This document shows positions 1 to 13,359 of a stretch of 64,000 nt of DNA, in pieces (the stretch's first letter is position 1; each line of letters begins with the position of its first letter). The translations under genes were made by a program, and so were the position numbers. The notes under the pieces were generated by a model. The model saw only the letters and a list, made by a program, of their open reading frames with translations. It searched no databases and was not told where the DNA came from. Origin of the DNA: Octopus sinensis. Taxonomy: Eukaryota. The stretch is taken from assembly GCF_006345805.1 (NCBI RefSeq), contig NC_042998.1, positions 14,694,001-14,758,000 of the forward strand, read 5' to 3'.

Positions 1-238
1 GACTTCACTACCTCATATGTTCTTAAAATTTAAATCCACATCTTTGTCTATATATCTACCTTCTCTATAATGTTGCCACTTGATTTGAAAACTTTTGTAT
101 TAATGGAAAACCTCTATAATTGGCTGATGAGTACTCAGCATCTTAAATCTGTTGTAATACTTTCAACATTTAATAAAATGGTGTAGTGCGAAACGATTGT
201 ACCAAATTACCGGAGTCATTCTTGTTGCTTATTTTGAG

Positions 239-239
<1 letters not shown>

Positions 240-287
<48 letters not shown>

Positions 288-332
288 CAAAATTGTGGGT
301 TGCATTTACAACCCCTCTCTCAATATATATAT

Positions 333-385
<53 letters not shown>
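240..385. repeat. (TA)n microsatellite
   Basis: Direct (TA)n run with occasional single-base slips; many similar tracts occur throughout the window. Confidence 0.95.
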
Positions 386-386
<1 letters not shown>

Positions 387-916
387 TGCATATATACACA
401 CACAGTCGTGTTGTGTATACACGAGTGTGTGATCTACTGCCAGTTTACCATGCGCATCTCCCAACGAAAATAAACAATATACCGATGCGAGATAAAGAAT
501 ACTTAGATAAAACTACCATTCGGGAACAAAAAAAAATGTCTTTACTCAAATCACATCCCAGTAAAGAATGCTCTGTTTAGCATGGAAGCTAGTCATAAAA
601 AAAGAGTAGCAATATCTATGTATTGTACAATAAATATATTTACTCTACACATCGTATTTGTAAATGGTTGCACCCACAAAATTTCTTGTTCTTATTTGTA
701 TGGCCGTTTAGAAATTACATATGTGCATCTGCGTGAGTGTGAGTGTATGCATGGGTCTGTGTGCGCGTATCTGTGTCTGTGTGTGTGTAGTGTGTATATT
801 TGTGAACTTATTATTCCGTCTATATAAGTATAAAATATACCACTAAGATGAGGTAAAAGAATAACGAATACGGCGTATTATTTGATGTGAGTGTGTGTGC
901 ATTATGTGTGTGAGAG

Positions 917-1134
917 TAGATAGATAGATAGATAGATAATGTATAGGTACATACATACATACTTACATTCATTCATACATACATACATACATACATACAT
1001 ACATACATGCATACATACATACATTTATACATACATACATATATACATACATACATACATACATACATGGATGGATGGATGGATGGATGGATGGATGGAT
1101 AGATAGATAGATAGATGGATAGATAGATACATAT

Positions 1135-1222
<88 letters not shown>

Positions 1223-1240
1223 AGATAGATAGATATATAA

Positions 1241-1278
<38 letters not shown>
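917..1278. repeat. Compound (AGAT)n/(ACAT)n/(GGAT)n microsatellite
   Basis: Tetranucleotide runs abutting the 3' end of the LINE. Confidence 0.95.
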
Positions 1279-1279
<1 letters not shown>

Positions 1280-1347
1280 TTTCTTTATTAGCCACACAGG
1301 GCTGCACACAGATAGAACATTACAAGGTAGAGCTTTTCTTTTGAAGG

Positions 1348-1384
<37 letters not shown>

Positions 1385-1690
1385 AAGGGGAGGTTCGATC
1401 AAAAGGGGTCGTAAAAGGAGAGAAAGAGGACAAAAAAAAAGGGGGGTAAAAAAAAAAAAAAAAAAAAGGGGGAGAGGAAAAAAAAAAAAAAAAAAAAAAA
1501 AATGATCAATAGGGATCGTTATCACAGAATGTCAATATGAAGTGTAAAGGGGAGGACAGGTGAGGTTTACCCGTGGAAAGAAAAGCCTACGGAAAAGACC
1601 ACGGTAACCTCGGTCAATGAAGTCACATTTTATATTTCTTTTTTTTTTTTTTTTTTGGCAATAATAACTCTCTGTTTTCGATTTCTGGGT

Positions 1691-4600
1691 TCATAGGACT
1701 ATGCTCAAGGTGGCTTCGTCATTCATACGTGCCATTCTTGCAACATTCACCCATCTTTTTTAAAACATTCGCTAGACAAAACTTGCCTCTCTACTCTCAC
1801 TTTCCTTTTCAAGTGGTACTTGAAGAAGTTGATGAGAGATTGACCAGAGAGGAAAGTGTTTTTCTCCAATCCTTTCAGACGCGTCCACCAGATACATTCT
1901 TTCGCCATAGCCACAAGGATGATGAAAATAGCTCTTCCTTCCCGTTTGAAGGAAGGAGCGTGACAATATGGACGATAGACTCAGCTGATAAACCGACTCG
2001 TCCCACACGTGACAGCAGTTGTTCGACATAAGCCCACAGGTCGGAAATTGTTGGACACTGAACGAGTGCGTGCAGAACGGTTTCGTCGCTCTGACCGCAT
2101 CTCGGGCAGGTCGGCCCCGTGTTTCTCGAGCCGTGTCTGTAGAGCTTATCCCGAACGGGTAGCGCTTCTCGGTAGCACTGCCAGGCCAGGGATCTCTGGA
2201 AGTTGTCCATGGGCCCTGGCCCGAAAGTCGTCCGAACAGGCGGGTCAGGTACTCCTCGTCGACGTCCAGGTTCGCCCCGAGCTCGTCGTCGTACCTCCCC
2301 TCCACTAAACCCCTATAGAATGCTTTGGTTGTGTTGAAGTCACTTAAGGTCGACCCAGGACGGCAGACTTGCTTGAGAGCAACGCGACACTCGCGGTGCC
2401 ATTCGCCCTTCCTCGGCCTCTTTTTGATCCACGACTGCAGTTCGGTCATGGAGACGAGCTGCGGAAAAGCGTGCCTCACAAACGGCGACCACACCTGTTC
2501 ACCGTCGTCTACATAGAGCCAGAGATGTCGCAGTCTCAGCGCGTGTCTGCGCATCATCAACACGGCATGCCCAGCCCTCCTTTTAACGGGTGTTGACAGC
2601 AAATGGATCGCCTGACCATCGGGACGCATCCTTTCCACAAGAAGCGAAAGAGGATGCGTTGTAGTTTGGTGATGGTAGGGTCGGGACAAGGTACGACGGT
2701 CAGGCGGTAGTAGATGACGGACGCGAATGTACGTGTTCGCCACCTCCGCTCGACCTTTTAGGGACAGTTTCCTCTCGGCCCATTGCCGGGCGAGAGTCAC
2801 CACCCTACTCGTTATCTCGTTCCATTTCTTCTCCACTTGGAGGTCCGGACCAAACCAGACCCCGAGCAACTCAACCGGGCCGTCGGTCCAGCGTCCCACG
2901 ACGGAGGCGCTGGTGGACGGCATGGGCTTGCTTCTCCAGGTGCCTAGTCGCAAGCCCACTGACTTTTCCCGGTTGATTTTCGCTCCTGTCACCGCTTCGT
3001 AGTTTTTCAGTGTCTCGCCGACCAGCTCGATGTGCTCGTGGCTAGACACTATGACCGTGACGTCGTCCGCGTATGCAGACACGCTCGTCCGCATCCCAAT
3101 TCTCGCGGGATGCCCCTTAGAGTCGCCAGCTTCCGCAGTAGTGGCTCAAGAGTCAATACGTATAGAAGCGCCGAGAGGGGGCATCCTGACGGACCGAACG
3201 TGCAATGTCGAAAGGTCTCGATAGATGTCCATTTACGCGAATTACCGAACGGATGCCTCTGTACAAGGCAGCTATCCAGCCGCGGAAGACGGACCGAAAC
3301 CAGCCGCTCTCAGGACTGCCTCCAAGTATCGATGGTCTACCCTATCAAAGGCTTTTGATTGATCCAAGTTGATCAGGGCCCCACCATGCCAGGTTCGTTA
3401 ACTACCCTGTCTATGATGTAGCGCATCAGATGGAGGTTGTCATGGATGGTCCGGCCTGGCACGGCGCATGTTTGCGCCTTGTCGACCAGTTTCTCGATGA
3501 CAAGCGCCAACCTCTTGGCTAGCACCTTGGCCAAAATTTTCAAGTCTGCATTAAGCAGAGTGATGGGCCTAAAGTTATCTATTACATTTCCCTTGTTTAG
3601 ATCTTTCTTCTTCAGCAGTGTTACGGCTCCTCGGCTCACAAAACCAGGAATGCTCCCGTTTTGCTGCCAGTTGCAGTACACCGCCGCCAAGAGATCTCCA
3701 AACAAGTCTGGCATACAATTGTAAAGCTCGTAGGGTAGACCATCCAAACCCGGTGATTTGTCCCTCGAGCATTCTGCCATCGCTTCCCGCACTTCCGCCG
3801 CCGTGATGGCACCTTCGCAGCACCCTGCCTTTTTGTCGAGAGTCGTGGTAGGCTATGTAGGTAGGCACTGAAGTCCACCCTACGTTCTTGCCCTCCACTC
3901 GTTCCGAACAGTCGGGCAAAATGCTGCTGAAAGGCCTCACACATTTTACTTGGCTCGAGCAATTCGCGCCCCTGTTCATCTACCAGTGACCGAATGGTGG
4001 CTTTGTTGCCCTGTTGCGCCTCTGCCACCCGGCCTCTCTCGCGGCTCCAACACCTTCGTTCCTTAGAGCACGCATCCTAGCTCTGACAGCACATCCTTCG
4101 TGTTTGGCGTTGAAGTGTTGGTCGAGGGCCAACCTCGCCGCCAAACGTCGGATGCGATGCCGCTTCTAATTGCCTCTTCTAGCTTCTTAACTAGCTCACC
4201 CTCTACTCTATTTCTATCTATGGCTAGTGCTTTGCTGTACCTAATAATCGCTTCTGCTTTTACTGCTCTCTTGAGGGCAAACCACCATTTGTTGTTGATG
4301 GGCTCCCGTCAAAGCCCTCTTTACTAGTGTGCTAATCCGGTCTCTGAAAACTTGTCTCGATGGAAAGACGCGTTTAGTTTCCAGTATCCGGGACCCTGCC
4401 TAAGTGTCTTACCTAAGTCTAGCGTACATGTCACAAGTTTGTGATCCGTGTAGCTGACTATGTGGAATTGTGGACATCCTATGCTATCTCTATCTACTGT
4501 CCTACACAGTATCCTATCTAGATACGATCTCGACGACCCGATGCGGTTGCTCCATGTCCACGTGGCGCATTCGGGTGGTCTAGTCGAAACCTGTCAGACA

Positions 4601-5115
4601 GTTGAAAGCGTCTGAGCAGTCTCTGAGGCATTTGCATCCCCGTCTATTCCTATCTCTACCACGTAGTCTAACATGCGTGTCCAAGGTAGCATTCCAATCC
4701 CCCACTAAGAGTAAAGGACGAGACGTTCCCAAGAAAACTTCTAGACGTTGAAGAAATCCGCCCGACCTGTTAAGGGCGGTGCGTAAACTGATACGAGTCG
4801 AAAAGCGCACCCATTGCTGCCGTCGACATCCAGGACGACCAGTCTACCCTCCGGCTACGAATATTGTCCTTACATTGAGATCCAGACTCTTGTGAAAAAG
4901 TACCGCGGTGCCACTACCACCCATTCTCGGCAGACAGGGGGAAAAATAAATGTTGAACTGTCCGCCAAACATGGTCTTTAGGGCCCGCGGATTGTGGAGT
5001 CTGGTCTCGCTTATGGCTATGATTTCTAACTTATGTGACTTTATGTCATTTAAGAGGTACCCTTGTTTCCAGGGGACCCCAAGCCACGCGCATTTACACA
5101 ACCAATCTTGATCAT
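1691..5115 (-). pseudogene. LINE ORF2 (APE endonuclease + reverse transcriptase + CCHC zinc finger), multiple frameshifts
   Basis: MIKIGCVNARGL start, ISETRL, SGTAVLF, LLVGDWNA (APE); KSPGLDGLPYE, NFRPITLLNADLKILAK, AYADDVTV, KINREKS (RT); CPRCGQSDETVLHALVQC (zinc finger); TGA at 1691-1693. Confidence 0.92.
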
Positions 5116-5142
5116 AGTTCTAATGAATTAGAATACAGAGGG

Positions 5143-7126
5143 TTACTTACTGCTCGAAAGTTTTTGCTTTCTCCTCCGTTGGTTGTCCTCGAGAAGATCC
5201 CAGTACAGTTTCTTGTTGAGATATTTTTGGCATTTACCAACCGCACTGGGGAAAATGCCTTTGAGTGTGTGGTGCAGACTTTTGGAGATGTGTATTATTT
5301 TGATGTGGTCTGGTGGTGTTGTGTATGGGTGGTTGTTTGTTTTTATGTCATCTTCTGTTATGTTTGTTTTTGATTGGATGTATTCCATCAAATTTGTGTT
5401 TTTGGTGTCTATGGCTGTGAGCATGTTTGCTGTATATGTTTTTGTGGTGTTGGTGTGGCTGTTGTTTGCGTTGGGTTTTGAAATGTCTTCGGGAGATGTA
5501 TTTCCCCCTGCTTTGTTCGTGTTTGCATTTGTTTGGTTGTGTTTCTGCTCTTATTTTCCTTCTTTTTGTAGCTATTTGCCATTCCTCACTGGTTTCGTCT
5601 TCCGACGAAATTTCTGAGGAATCAGAAGGGGGTAGGGGTATGTTGTGGGCTTCTATGTATGTCGTGTAAGTGGTTGTATGTTGTTTTCGTTGTTGTTGGT
5701 TGTTGAGTGTTTGTGGTGTTGAGTGCGGTATAAGGGATGGGGGATCAGTTTGTGTGTGATTTCTTTGTTTTTCTTTCCTTTGGGTTTGCTGTTGATGGTG
5801 TGTTGGTATTTTTCCAGGTGTCGAGTGGTTTTTGGTTGATGACGGATTAGCTGGTGTGTCTTCTCTTGTCGTCTTCTGTGTTGATGGTGGTGTGGGTAGT
5901 AGAGCTTTTTTTCCGGAGTGCTTTGGTTGTGGTAGTGTTGGTGTTGTTGCTCTTGGTGTGCAGTGGTTGGCACGTCTTTTTCAAGTGTGTTTCGCTTCCA
6001 CACAAATAGCAGCGTGGTCGCCTGCCCTCTACCACTATATAGAGTTTGTAGCCTCCTGGCAGTTCTATAGCGTGGGTATCTTCTCTCTTGCTGCTTCATC
6101 CAATTGAAGCAGGAATTCGATGATTTGCCCACATAGTCTTTCTCTCCTAGAACCGCGATTTCCAGGATGTTTGTCTCTGACATTGTCTCTGACATTTCAA
6201 AGCAGATGGCAGAGACCACCCATTGTGTTTCGACATCAAATGGTATGTTTTTTATTGGACTTTCGTGACCCTTTTGTTTAAATAGACTGGTATCATTACC
6301 AAGTCGTCCGAATGTAGCTCCAATGTGGAAAAACGTTTTGCTAAACTTTCGTTGAGGAAACGTACTTGGACTGTACCAAATTTGTTTCCCCAACTGATAT
6401 ATCCTTGGAGTCCATACAGGACGAAGGCATTTATCGATTTTTTCCTGCGGTGCATTTTCTGTTCTTCTTGTTTTTTTTGTTTATTACTTTAAAATTATTG
6501 TTTTTTTTTGCGTGTTTTCCACGATGTGTTGTGGAATATGAAGGTGCAATTGTCTCCTTCTTTGGAGAAGAGTGCCTTTGTGCGGTTTATCTCTTGTGTG
6601 GTGAATGTTACAATTGTTCTTTTTGTTTTGTTACGTCGCAAAATTCGTTTTGAATTTGGCAGTAGAAGTGTTAATTGTTGGCGTATTAATTGAAGTCATG
6701 GTATGGGTTGGTGTTGGCGGTATTAGCAGCAGAAGGCTGGATGTACATTTGACGTCGTAGTAGTGGTGTTGGTGTTGGCGGTGTTGTCTGTTGTTAGGCG
6801 GCTTTGTGCAATTCGTTGTGTTGTTGTTGGTGGTGTGGTGGTGGTGCTGGCATTCATTGTTTTCGTTGTATTCATTTTGAAAATCCTTTCTCTGTCTGTC
6901 CCTTTATCATCAACAAGTGGTGTGGGGAGTGAGGGAAATCTAAGTTAATGTCTTTGGTCGCGGCGATGGTGAATGCGACGTTAGATTGTTTGTTGTTGTT
7001 GTTGGTGGTGGTGATGGTGGTGACAGCGGTGTTCACGCTGCGATGTTTAGCAGCCTAGTGGTAGCAATAGTGTTTTGCTACCGTTCTGCATGACTGGCGG
7101 GCTAGCCACGTGGTTCTAGTTGCCAT
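5143..7126 (-). pseudogene. LINE ORF1 (gag-like RNA-binding protein), frameshifted
   Basis: CYLCGSETHLKKTC = CX2CX4HX4C knuckle (ORF 5847-6035); RRM-like segment (ORF 6252-6455); Thr/Asn-rich low-complexity ends; the ATG at 7124-7126 is only a candidate start. Confidence 0.8.
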
Positions 7127-7343
7127 TTTCAAAATGAAAAATGGCTAAAAACCCACGAAAGTTTTGAACGTTTTTTGTAATTTCGCCCATACAGGGGCGG
7201 AATTCTACGTGAATAATTCTCAGGTTTTTTAGTGAATGAATTTGCACAACGATTAAAACAAAATATTTGACAACAAGGAGTTTTTAAACATGTAAAAGTG
7301 GCCAACTTACTTGGAGCGATATGACTAGCGTCCGTCCATTGTG

Positions 7344-7363
7344 AGATAGATAGATAGATAGAT

Positions 7364-7401
<38 letters not shown>

Positions 7402-7442
7402 GATAGATAGATAGAATAGAATAGATAGATAGATCAGATAGA
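7344..7442. repeat. (GATA)n microsatellite at the LINE 5' flank
   Basis: Direct repeat run. Confidence 0.95.
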
Positions 7443-8284
7443 TATACATATAATATAGATGTCTTGCAAACAACTTGCACATGCAAGTGCTACCAGTTAA
7501 AAGCTCCGTATACCGGAAGCTAGCAAGTGTATGGGGTCATCAGGAGAGAATGCGCGTCGTTTCGGGGCCTACCTCTCGACGGCATCAATGCGCACCGGCC
7601 CTCACTCACTTATATGAGGCCCCGCTTGCTAGATCAGCTGGTTATGAAGAACTCAATATACTTCTAGCCATCGCTCATCATATATGATGGCTATACTTTT
7701 TCAGCTCGTACTTAGACGAGTTGTGATTGTTTCAGTTAATGAGCTGATCGCAATTGTCTTTAAGGTGTCGACCAGTGGCCATAATATTTTACAGACACTA
7801 CCAAACATGTATGAGATTAGACGATAGTAATTCTCGGACGGAAACCTAGCCTGAATGTTCATAACAGAAGAATCTGTTAAAGTTGCAAAAGATCCAAATA
7901 ACGAGAATAAACCAGAAGAAAAATGATTTTTCTGGGAATATAGCTATATGACGATATATCAAAATAAAATCAGGTCACACTGGAATAATCTTTACACAAA
8001 TTTTCTATTATTCCATTTTCTTCGAAATCTACTAAATTTTCTACCATTGCTATTCTATATTTGCATGATTTCCTTCATTTTTTTTCATACTGTGATCCTT
8101 TTGTATTAGAGTGTTGTATATTATGGCGGCTAAACGCTGGTCTCTTGCAATCCGTGTGTAGTGTGTGATTGTAAAAACGATGGCATTGTGTTCGTTTATG
8201 ATACCGGAAAGGTTTGACGTGCAGCTGAAGCTCACTTTAATGTTGTTTCTCTTGAATAAATACAACTATATACTTAATCAAAAG

Positions 8285-8319
8285 AAACCAATAATATACA
8301 AACACAAATGGAAACTTCG
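8285..8319 (+). CDS. Candidate micro-exon 1 of unknown host gene (KPIIYKHKWKLR)
   Basis: Weak AAG acceptor, CG|gttaag donor, 70-nt intron to the next exon, phase-compatible. Confidence 0.35.
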
Positions 8320-8389
8320 GTTAAGTAAATTACTCATTGAATGGCGGTAGAGAATAAAATTTCTACTTTCTATTACGTTTTCTTTTCAG

Positions 8390-8411
8390 ATTCCAAAATG
8401 AGATCGTACGA
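8390..8411 (+). CDS. Candidate micro-exon 2 (FQNEIVR)
   Basis: ttttcttttcag acceptor, gtaagt donor, 22 nt, phase 2 to 0. Confidence 0.6.
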
Positions 8412-8497
8412 GTAAGTGAAATAAGTTCAAATACACTTTAGTAAACAGCCTTCATTTTTTTATTTTTCTCTTGTTTATTGCACTTTACTGTTCCCAG

Positions 8498-8541
8498 CTG
8501 ATATCAGTGACTGACTTTGGAGCTAGTATTTGCGGACAGAA
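8498..8541 (+). CDS. Candidate micro-exon 3 (LISVTDFGASICGQ)
   Basis: Long pyrimidine tract ending ttcccag, gtatat donor, 86-nt intron from exon 2, 44 nt, phase 0 to 2. Confidence 0.6.
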
Positions 8542-8617
8542 GTATATGTATAAAAGTAAATATGGCGGTTTGTTGTAAGTGTGTGTAAGTATATATATAT
8601 ATATATATATAATATAT

Positions 8618-8664
<47 letters not shown>

Positions 8665-9242
8665 TGGGAATGCATGCTTGTAGGGCATGCATGTATGAAT
8701 GTACATTTGTACGTAGGTGTTTGTGTATTTATAAAGAGAAAGATTAGGATAGAAAGAGGGGGGAAAATAACAATTCTAGATTGAGTGATATATTGGATTC
8801 AGATTCATAAATACACACAAATATATACCTGCGAGTTTCAGCGGATTAAATATCTCAAGCATTGCATACGTGTGTATATGTATGACTTCATACCTTCATG
8901 CAAAGGTATGTATACATTTTTACACACACATATATATATGCAATATATAATATATATAGACATATATACAATACATATATACATATATGTGTGTGTGAAT
9001 ATATATACATATGTATGTATATTTATACGAATGTATGTATATATATGTATATAAACGCGATATTTACGCATATATAAAAATATATGTAAATATATGTAAA
9101 TATATGCATATATATATGTGTATACACTTATATACATACATGCATATAAATATTTATATAGATAGAGATATTTATATACATTTCTATATACGTATACATG
9201 TGCACATATTTATATATGTATGTATATATATATATATATGAT

Positions 9243-9313
<71 letters not shown>

Positions 9314-9350
9314 TAGATATAGATATAGATTAGATATAGATAAATATATA

Positions 9351-9394
<44 letters not shown>

Positions 9395-9900
9395 ACAAAC
9401 ATACATACACATAGATATCTATATTCCTGTATATATATATGTATATATGCACATATATGTATTTTAATATATGAATATATATATACATATACATGTAAAC
9501 ATATATGCGGTGGTGGGAGTGTATGAGTGATTGCGTAGGAGTGCTTGTTTCTGATTATATACCTACAGTAGATCGTTGGTGGAAACGCACAAAACGCCAC
9601 CTACGAGAATACGCACGCATCCAATGAGATTAAATGACGTAGCAAAAGCACATACGTAAATAGTTGTAGTTGCATTTATACGATATAAAGAGTTTATTTC
9701 AGCATTTGGCACAAAACACTCGTCGCTGCACACAGACGAACGCACCACATATAAACTTGCATCCACGAAAAATACTTGTACATGAAGTACTTATGTATAA
9801 TACGTATATATAGGTGCGTGTGCGCATGCGTTATATATGTTTATATTTATATACAATATATATATATATATATAATATATATGTGTGTGTTTATATATAT

Positions 9901-9976
<76 letters not shown>

Positions 9977-10126
9977 ATATAATGTGCATACAGATATGGT
10001 TGTGTATATATGCATATATACATGTAAATGGAATAAAAGCGCTAAGCAGTGATGTGTTTAAACACAAACCATAAATGTGTGTGTGTATGAGTGTGTGTGT
10101 GTGTGTGTGTGTGTTTGTGTGTGTAT

Positions 10127-10189
<63 letters not shown>

Positions 10190-10744
10190 TGATAAAAGTA
10201 TAGAATCTATTTTTACTCATCTGAAAATAAGAAAAGAAGTAGACGAGACACACACAGCACGTTACTTTTAGTTTGGAGTGCTGGATGTTTGGGTATGTTT
10301 TTTTTCTATCATCATCATCATCATCATTATTTTTATTATTGTTTTTGTAGTTGTTGTTGTTGTTGTTGGTGGTGGTGGTGATGGTGGTGGTAGTGCTGCT
10401 GCTGTGCTGCTGTTGTTCAGGCTTTTGTTTGCTTTTGCTTGGTAGCATTGTGTTTTATTTTGTCTCTTGCAGTTTCTAATACATTAAGATCTAAAGGTTG
10501 GCGCTTTTGCAGCATGTGGTTATGGTTTGGAAGAGGAAATGGAAGATGAAAGGCAAAATGAAGTAAGACGCTACTCCGAATTGAACTCAAATCTATGAGA
10601 TAATCGAAATATATTTTAAGCAGTTTTTGACGAGAATCAGAGAATGAGAGAGAGAGACAGTAGACTTAGCTAGGTTGATTTAAAATTTGCTGCATATGTA
10701 TATATTATATATATTCATATATATTCATATATATATTCATATAT

Positions 10745-10776
<32 letters not shown>

Positions 10777-11147
10777 ATATATATATATATTATATATATA
10801 TATATATACATATATATATAAATAAATGAAAGAATGGAGTCGAACGAAGATGTTAACAAAATTCCTTTACTCTCGACATATGTTTCGAAGACAACATGTT
10901 TTCATTCCAAAGGAATAAAGGGTGCATTATGCAATCTTCTCATCAGAAAAGAAAGGGACCCTCTATCAACAACAAGACAAAACAAACATTTCGATGACTG
11001 CCTACATGGTAAACAAAACGATATCATTCTCGTTTATAATCACCCCACATTACTGCATGGTTAACACCATATAGTTTTCTGGTGCATCTAAGTTAAGTAC
11101 CACATTCAAGTAAATTCATTGGAATTGACTTGAATCTTAATGCTTTT

Positions 11148-11207
<60 letters not shown>

Positions 11208-11260
11208 TATATATATGAATATATATGAATATATATATATATCTATATTATATATATATA

Positions 11261-11603
11261 TACTTATTCTACCGATCTCTTTTGCCGAACTGCTAAGTTA
11301 CGGGGACGTAAAGACACCACTATCGGTTGTCAAGCGATGTTTGGGGGACTAACATAGACACACAAACATACACACACAGACAAACACACACACACACACA
11401 CACAAACAAGCACACACACACACACACGCATATATATATACATATATACGACGGGCTTCTTTCAGTTTCCGTCTACCAAATCCACTCACAAAGATTTGGT
11501 CGGCCCGAGGCTATAGTAGAAGACACTTGCCCAAGGTGCCATGCAGTGTGACTGAACCCGAAACCATGTGGTTGGCAAGCAAGCTACTTACCACACAGTC
11601 ACT
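11261..11603 (-). mobile_element. tRNA-derived SINE family A (internal microsatellite)
   Basis: Matches the many other copies: GGAGTGGCTGTGTGGTAAGT head, CCTTGGGCAAGTGTC body, internal (TA/TG)n. Confidence 0.9.
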
Positions 11604-11806
11604 CATTAGAGCAAAGAAACAGGCCTGGAAAGTCCGGAAGGCTGGGGGTAACAGGGAACCTGTACCAGGTAGCCAAAAGGGAGGCTGGAATTTTACGAAA
11701 CCTTTACCAATCTATTCCTTTGACATTTCTCCCTCATATCAATATCAATATCAAAATTCTCAATCAAAATTAAAAGAAAGGATTCAAAGTATTGATGTCG
11801 GGCTTA

Positions 11807-12148
11807 CTAGCCGTCAGTTAACCAGTTTGGTCTATACATTTTTCTCTTGTTCTACGGCATCATATTTTAAGTATTTTATGTCTAACTATATAAGCATTTT
11901 TAGAGAGTTACTTCTCTTATATAAGCCGAGTAAAAATCATTAAAAATGCAGAAAAATAATGGTAAATTTTTTTTTAAATAGTAGACTCATCGTAGACGCG
12001 CGCTAATACCCAGAAGGGCTCGATATGAATCACGACTATAAGATACCCGGTTTTGGTTAAACTGCACCGCAAAATGTGGGAGTAGTTAGGAATCTAAATC
12101 GGAGGAGACAGAGTCTCACACACACAACTTCAATTTTATATATAAAGA
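11807..12148 (-). mobile_element. Non-autonomous Helitron-like element
   Basis: Minus strand reads A|TCTTTATATATAAA ... GCCGT/ACGGC inverted repeat ... CTAG|T: TC start, CTAG end, A/T insertion site, no TSD. Confidence 0.7.
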
Positions 12149-12324
12149 TGTAGCTTATCACTAGTCAAACATAATACAAAAAGCTAAATTTGATTTCGAT
12201 TAAAACTGAATTATTGAGACTGCTTGGAAGACGCCGACTGCGACAGAAAAGCTCCGTTAGGAATATCATACGACAGAATTACACAGTTCCGACGACTAAA
12301 TTCACAGGTAATTGATCGTCCAAC

Positions 12325-12416
12325 GGCTATAGTAGAAGACACTTGGCCAAAGGACCATTACGTGGGACTGAAACCGAAACCACGTGTTCGCAAAGCAAGT
12401 TTCTTAACCACACAGT
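12325..12416 (-). mobile_element. SINE family A head fragment, diverged
   Basis: Similarity to the family A head. Confidence 0.7.
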
Positions 12417-12616
12417 GAACTTTTAGATAAAACATAGATAGATATAAATTGCATTAATTTCAAATTTTGGCACAATGCCAGCAATTTCGGGGAAGATGTC
12501 AATTCTATTATAGTAGTCCCTCGCCATATCGCGGTTTATTTTTTAAAATTTACATCGATTCTTCCGTAATGTTGTTTAGCATTTATACTGAAATAAATAT
12601 ATACAAATTATAAAAG

Positions 12617-12667
<51 letters not shown>

Positions 12668-13244
12668 CAAATATGAGAGAGAATCCACTATATGGACGCT
12701 CTTACGCTAAAGATAGATCCGCAAGAGTCTCAACCACTAAGAATTGTTCTCAAGAAAAATTTAGCACACTATGAATGTAAGCGAGCAGGACAAATGCAAA
12801 ATAACAAAAATATAGATTAACCCCATACAATTGTTTCACTGTTAATAAATTATGCAATTTTACTTACATAATTAATCCTCAGATCATCAGTGAGGTGCGT
12901 CATAAAATATAATTTGTCGAACTGCCCACTAGATATTAACACGAGGTCAGAAATACGAGCAGTTTGGCCTATTATATTCACAGTTATATTCAAATGCCCT
13001 CGTTCTGGCGCGCAAAATTCCGGAAATAAATACTGCATAAGTAATTCACTGCAGTAGTTTACGCCGGTTTGAGAACATATTAATTTATAATTAAAATCAA
13101 AATGGGGGTGAAAAAATTGGATATTAATTTAATAACACCAATTTAACACAAGTGGTCTAGCGCATAAAAGACTGAGATTCAGTAAATATAATTGATACAC
13201 AAATATGAGAGAGAATCCACTATGTGGACGCTCTTACGCTAAAG

Positions 13245-13276
<32 letters not shown>

Positions 13277-13359
13277 TATATAGTACAGTACCGTTTCTAC
13301 TTGACGGATTTTCACCTATCACGGTGTGGGGTTTGGAAACGTAACACCCGCGATAGTCG

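Larger units (their letters stand above)
1279..7343 (-). mobile_element. L1/Tx1-clade non-LTR retrotransposon, near full length, frameshifted
   Basis: Minus strand gives ORF1 with a CCHC knuckle, then ORF2 with APE, RT and a C-terminal zinc finger, a pyrimidine-rich 3' UTR and AATAAA (plus-strand TTTATT 1284-1289); (GATA)n on both flanks. Confidence 0.93.

Noticed and set aside
7520-7590. Hammerhead-like fragments (GAAACGACGCGCA and CTGATGA on the minus strand)
   Set aside because: The core is incomplete in type I order and helix II cannot form in type II order.
9569-9660. CAGTAG acceptor followed by IVGGNAQNATYEN
   Set aside because: IVGG is followed by a stop after 21 codons with no protease motifs, and there is no phase-compatible donor.
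10473-10562. Strong acceptors at 10472 and 10512 with donors at 10497 and 10563
   Set aside because: Their open phases do not fit between candidate exons 3 and 4; they could be real only if other exons are missing.
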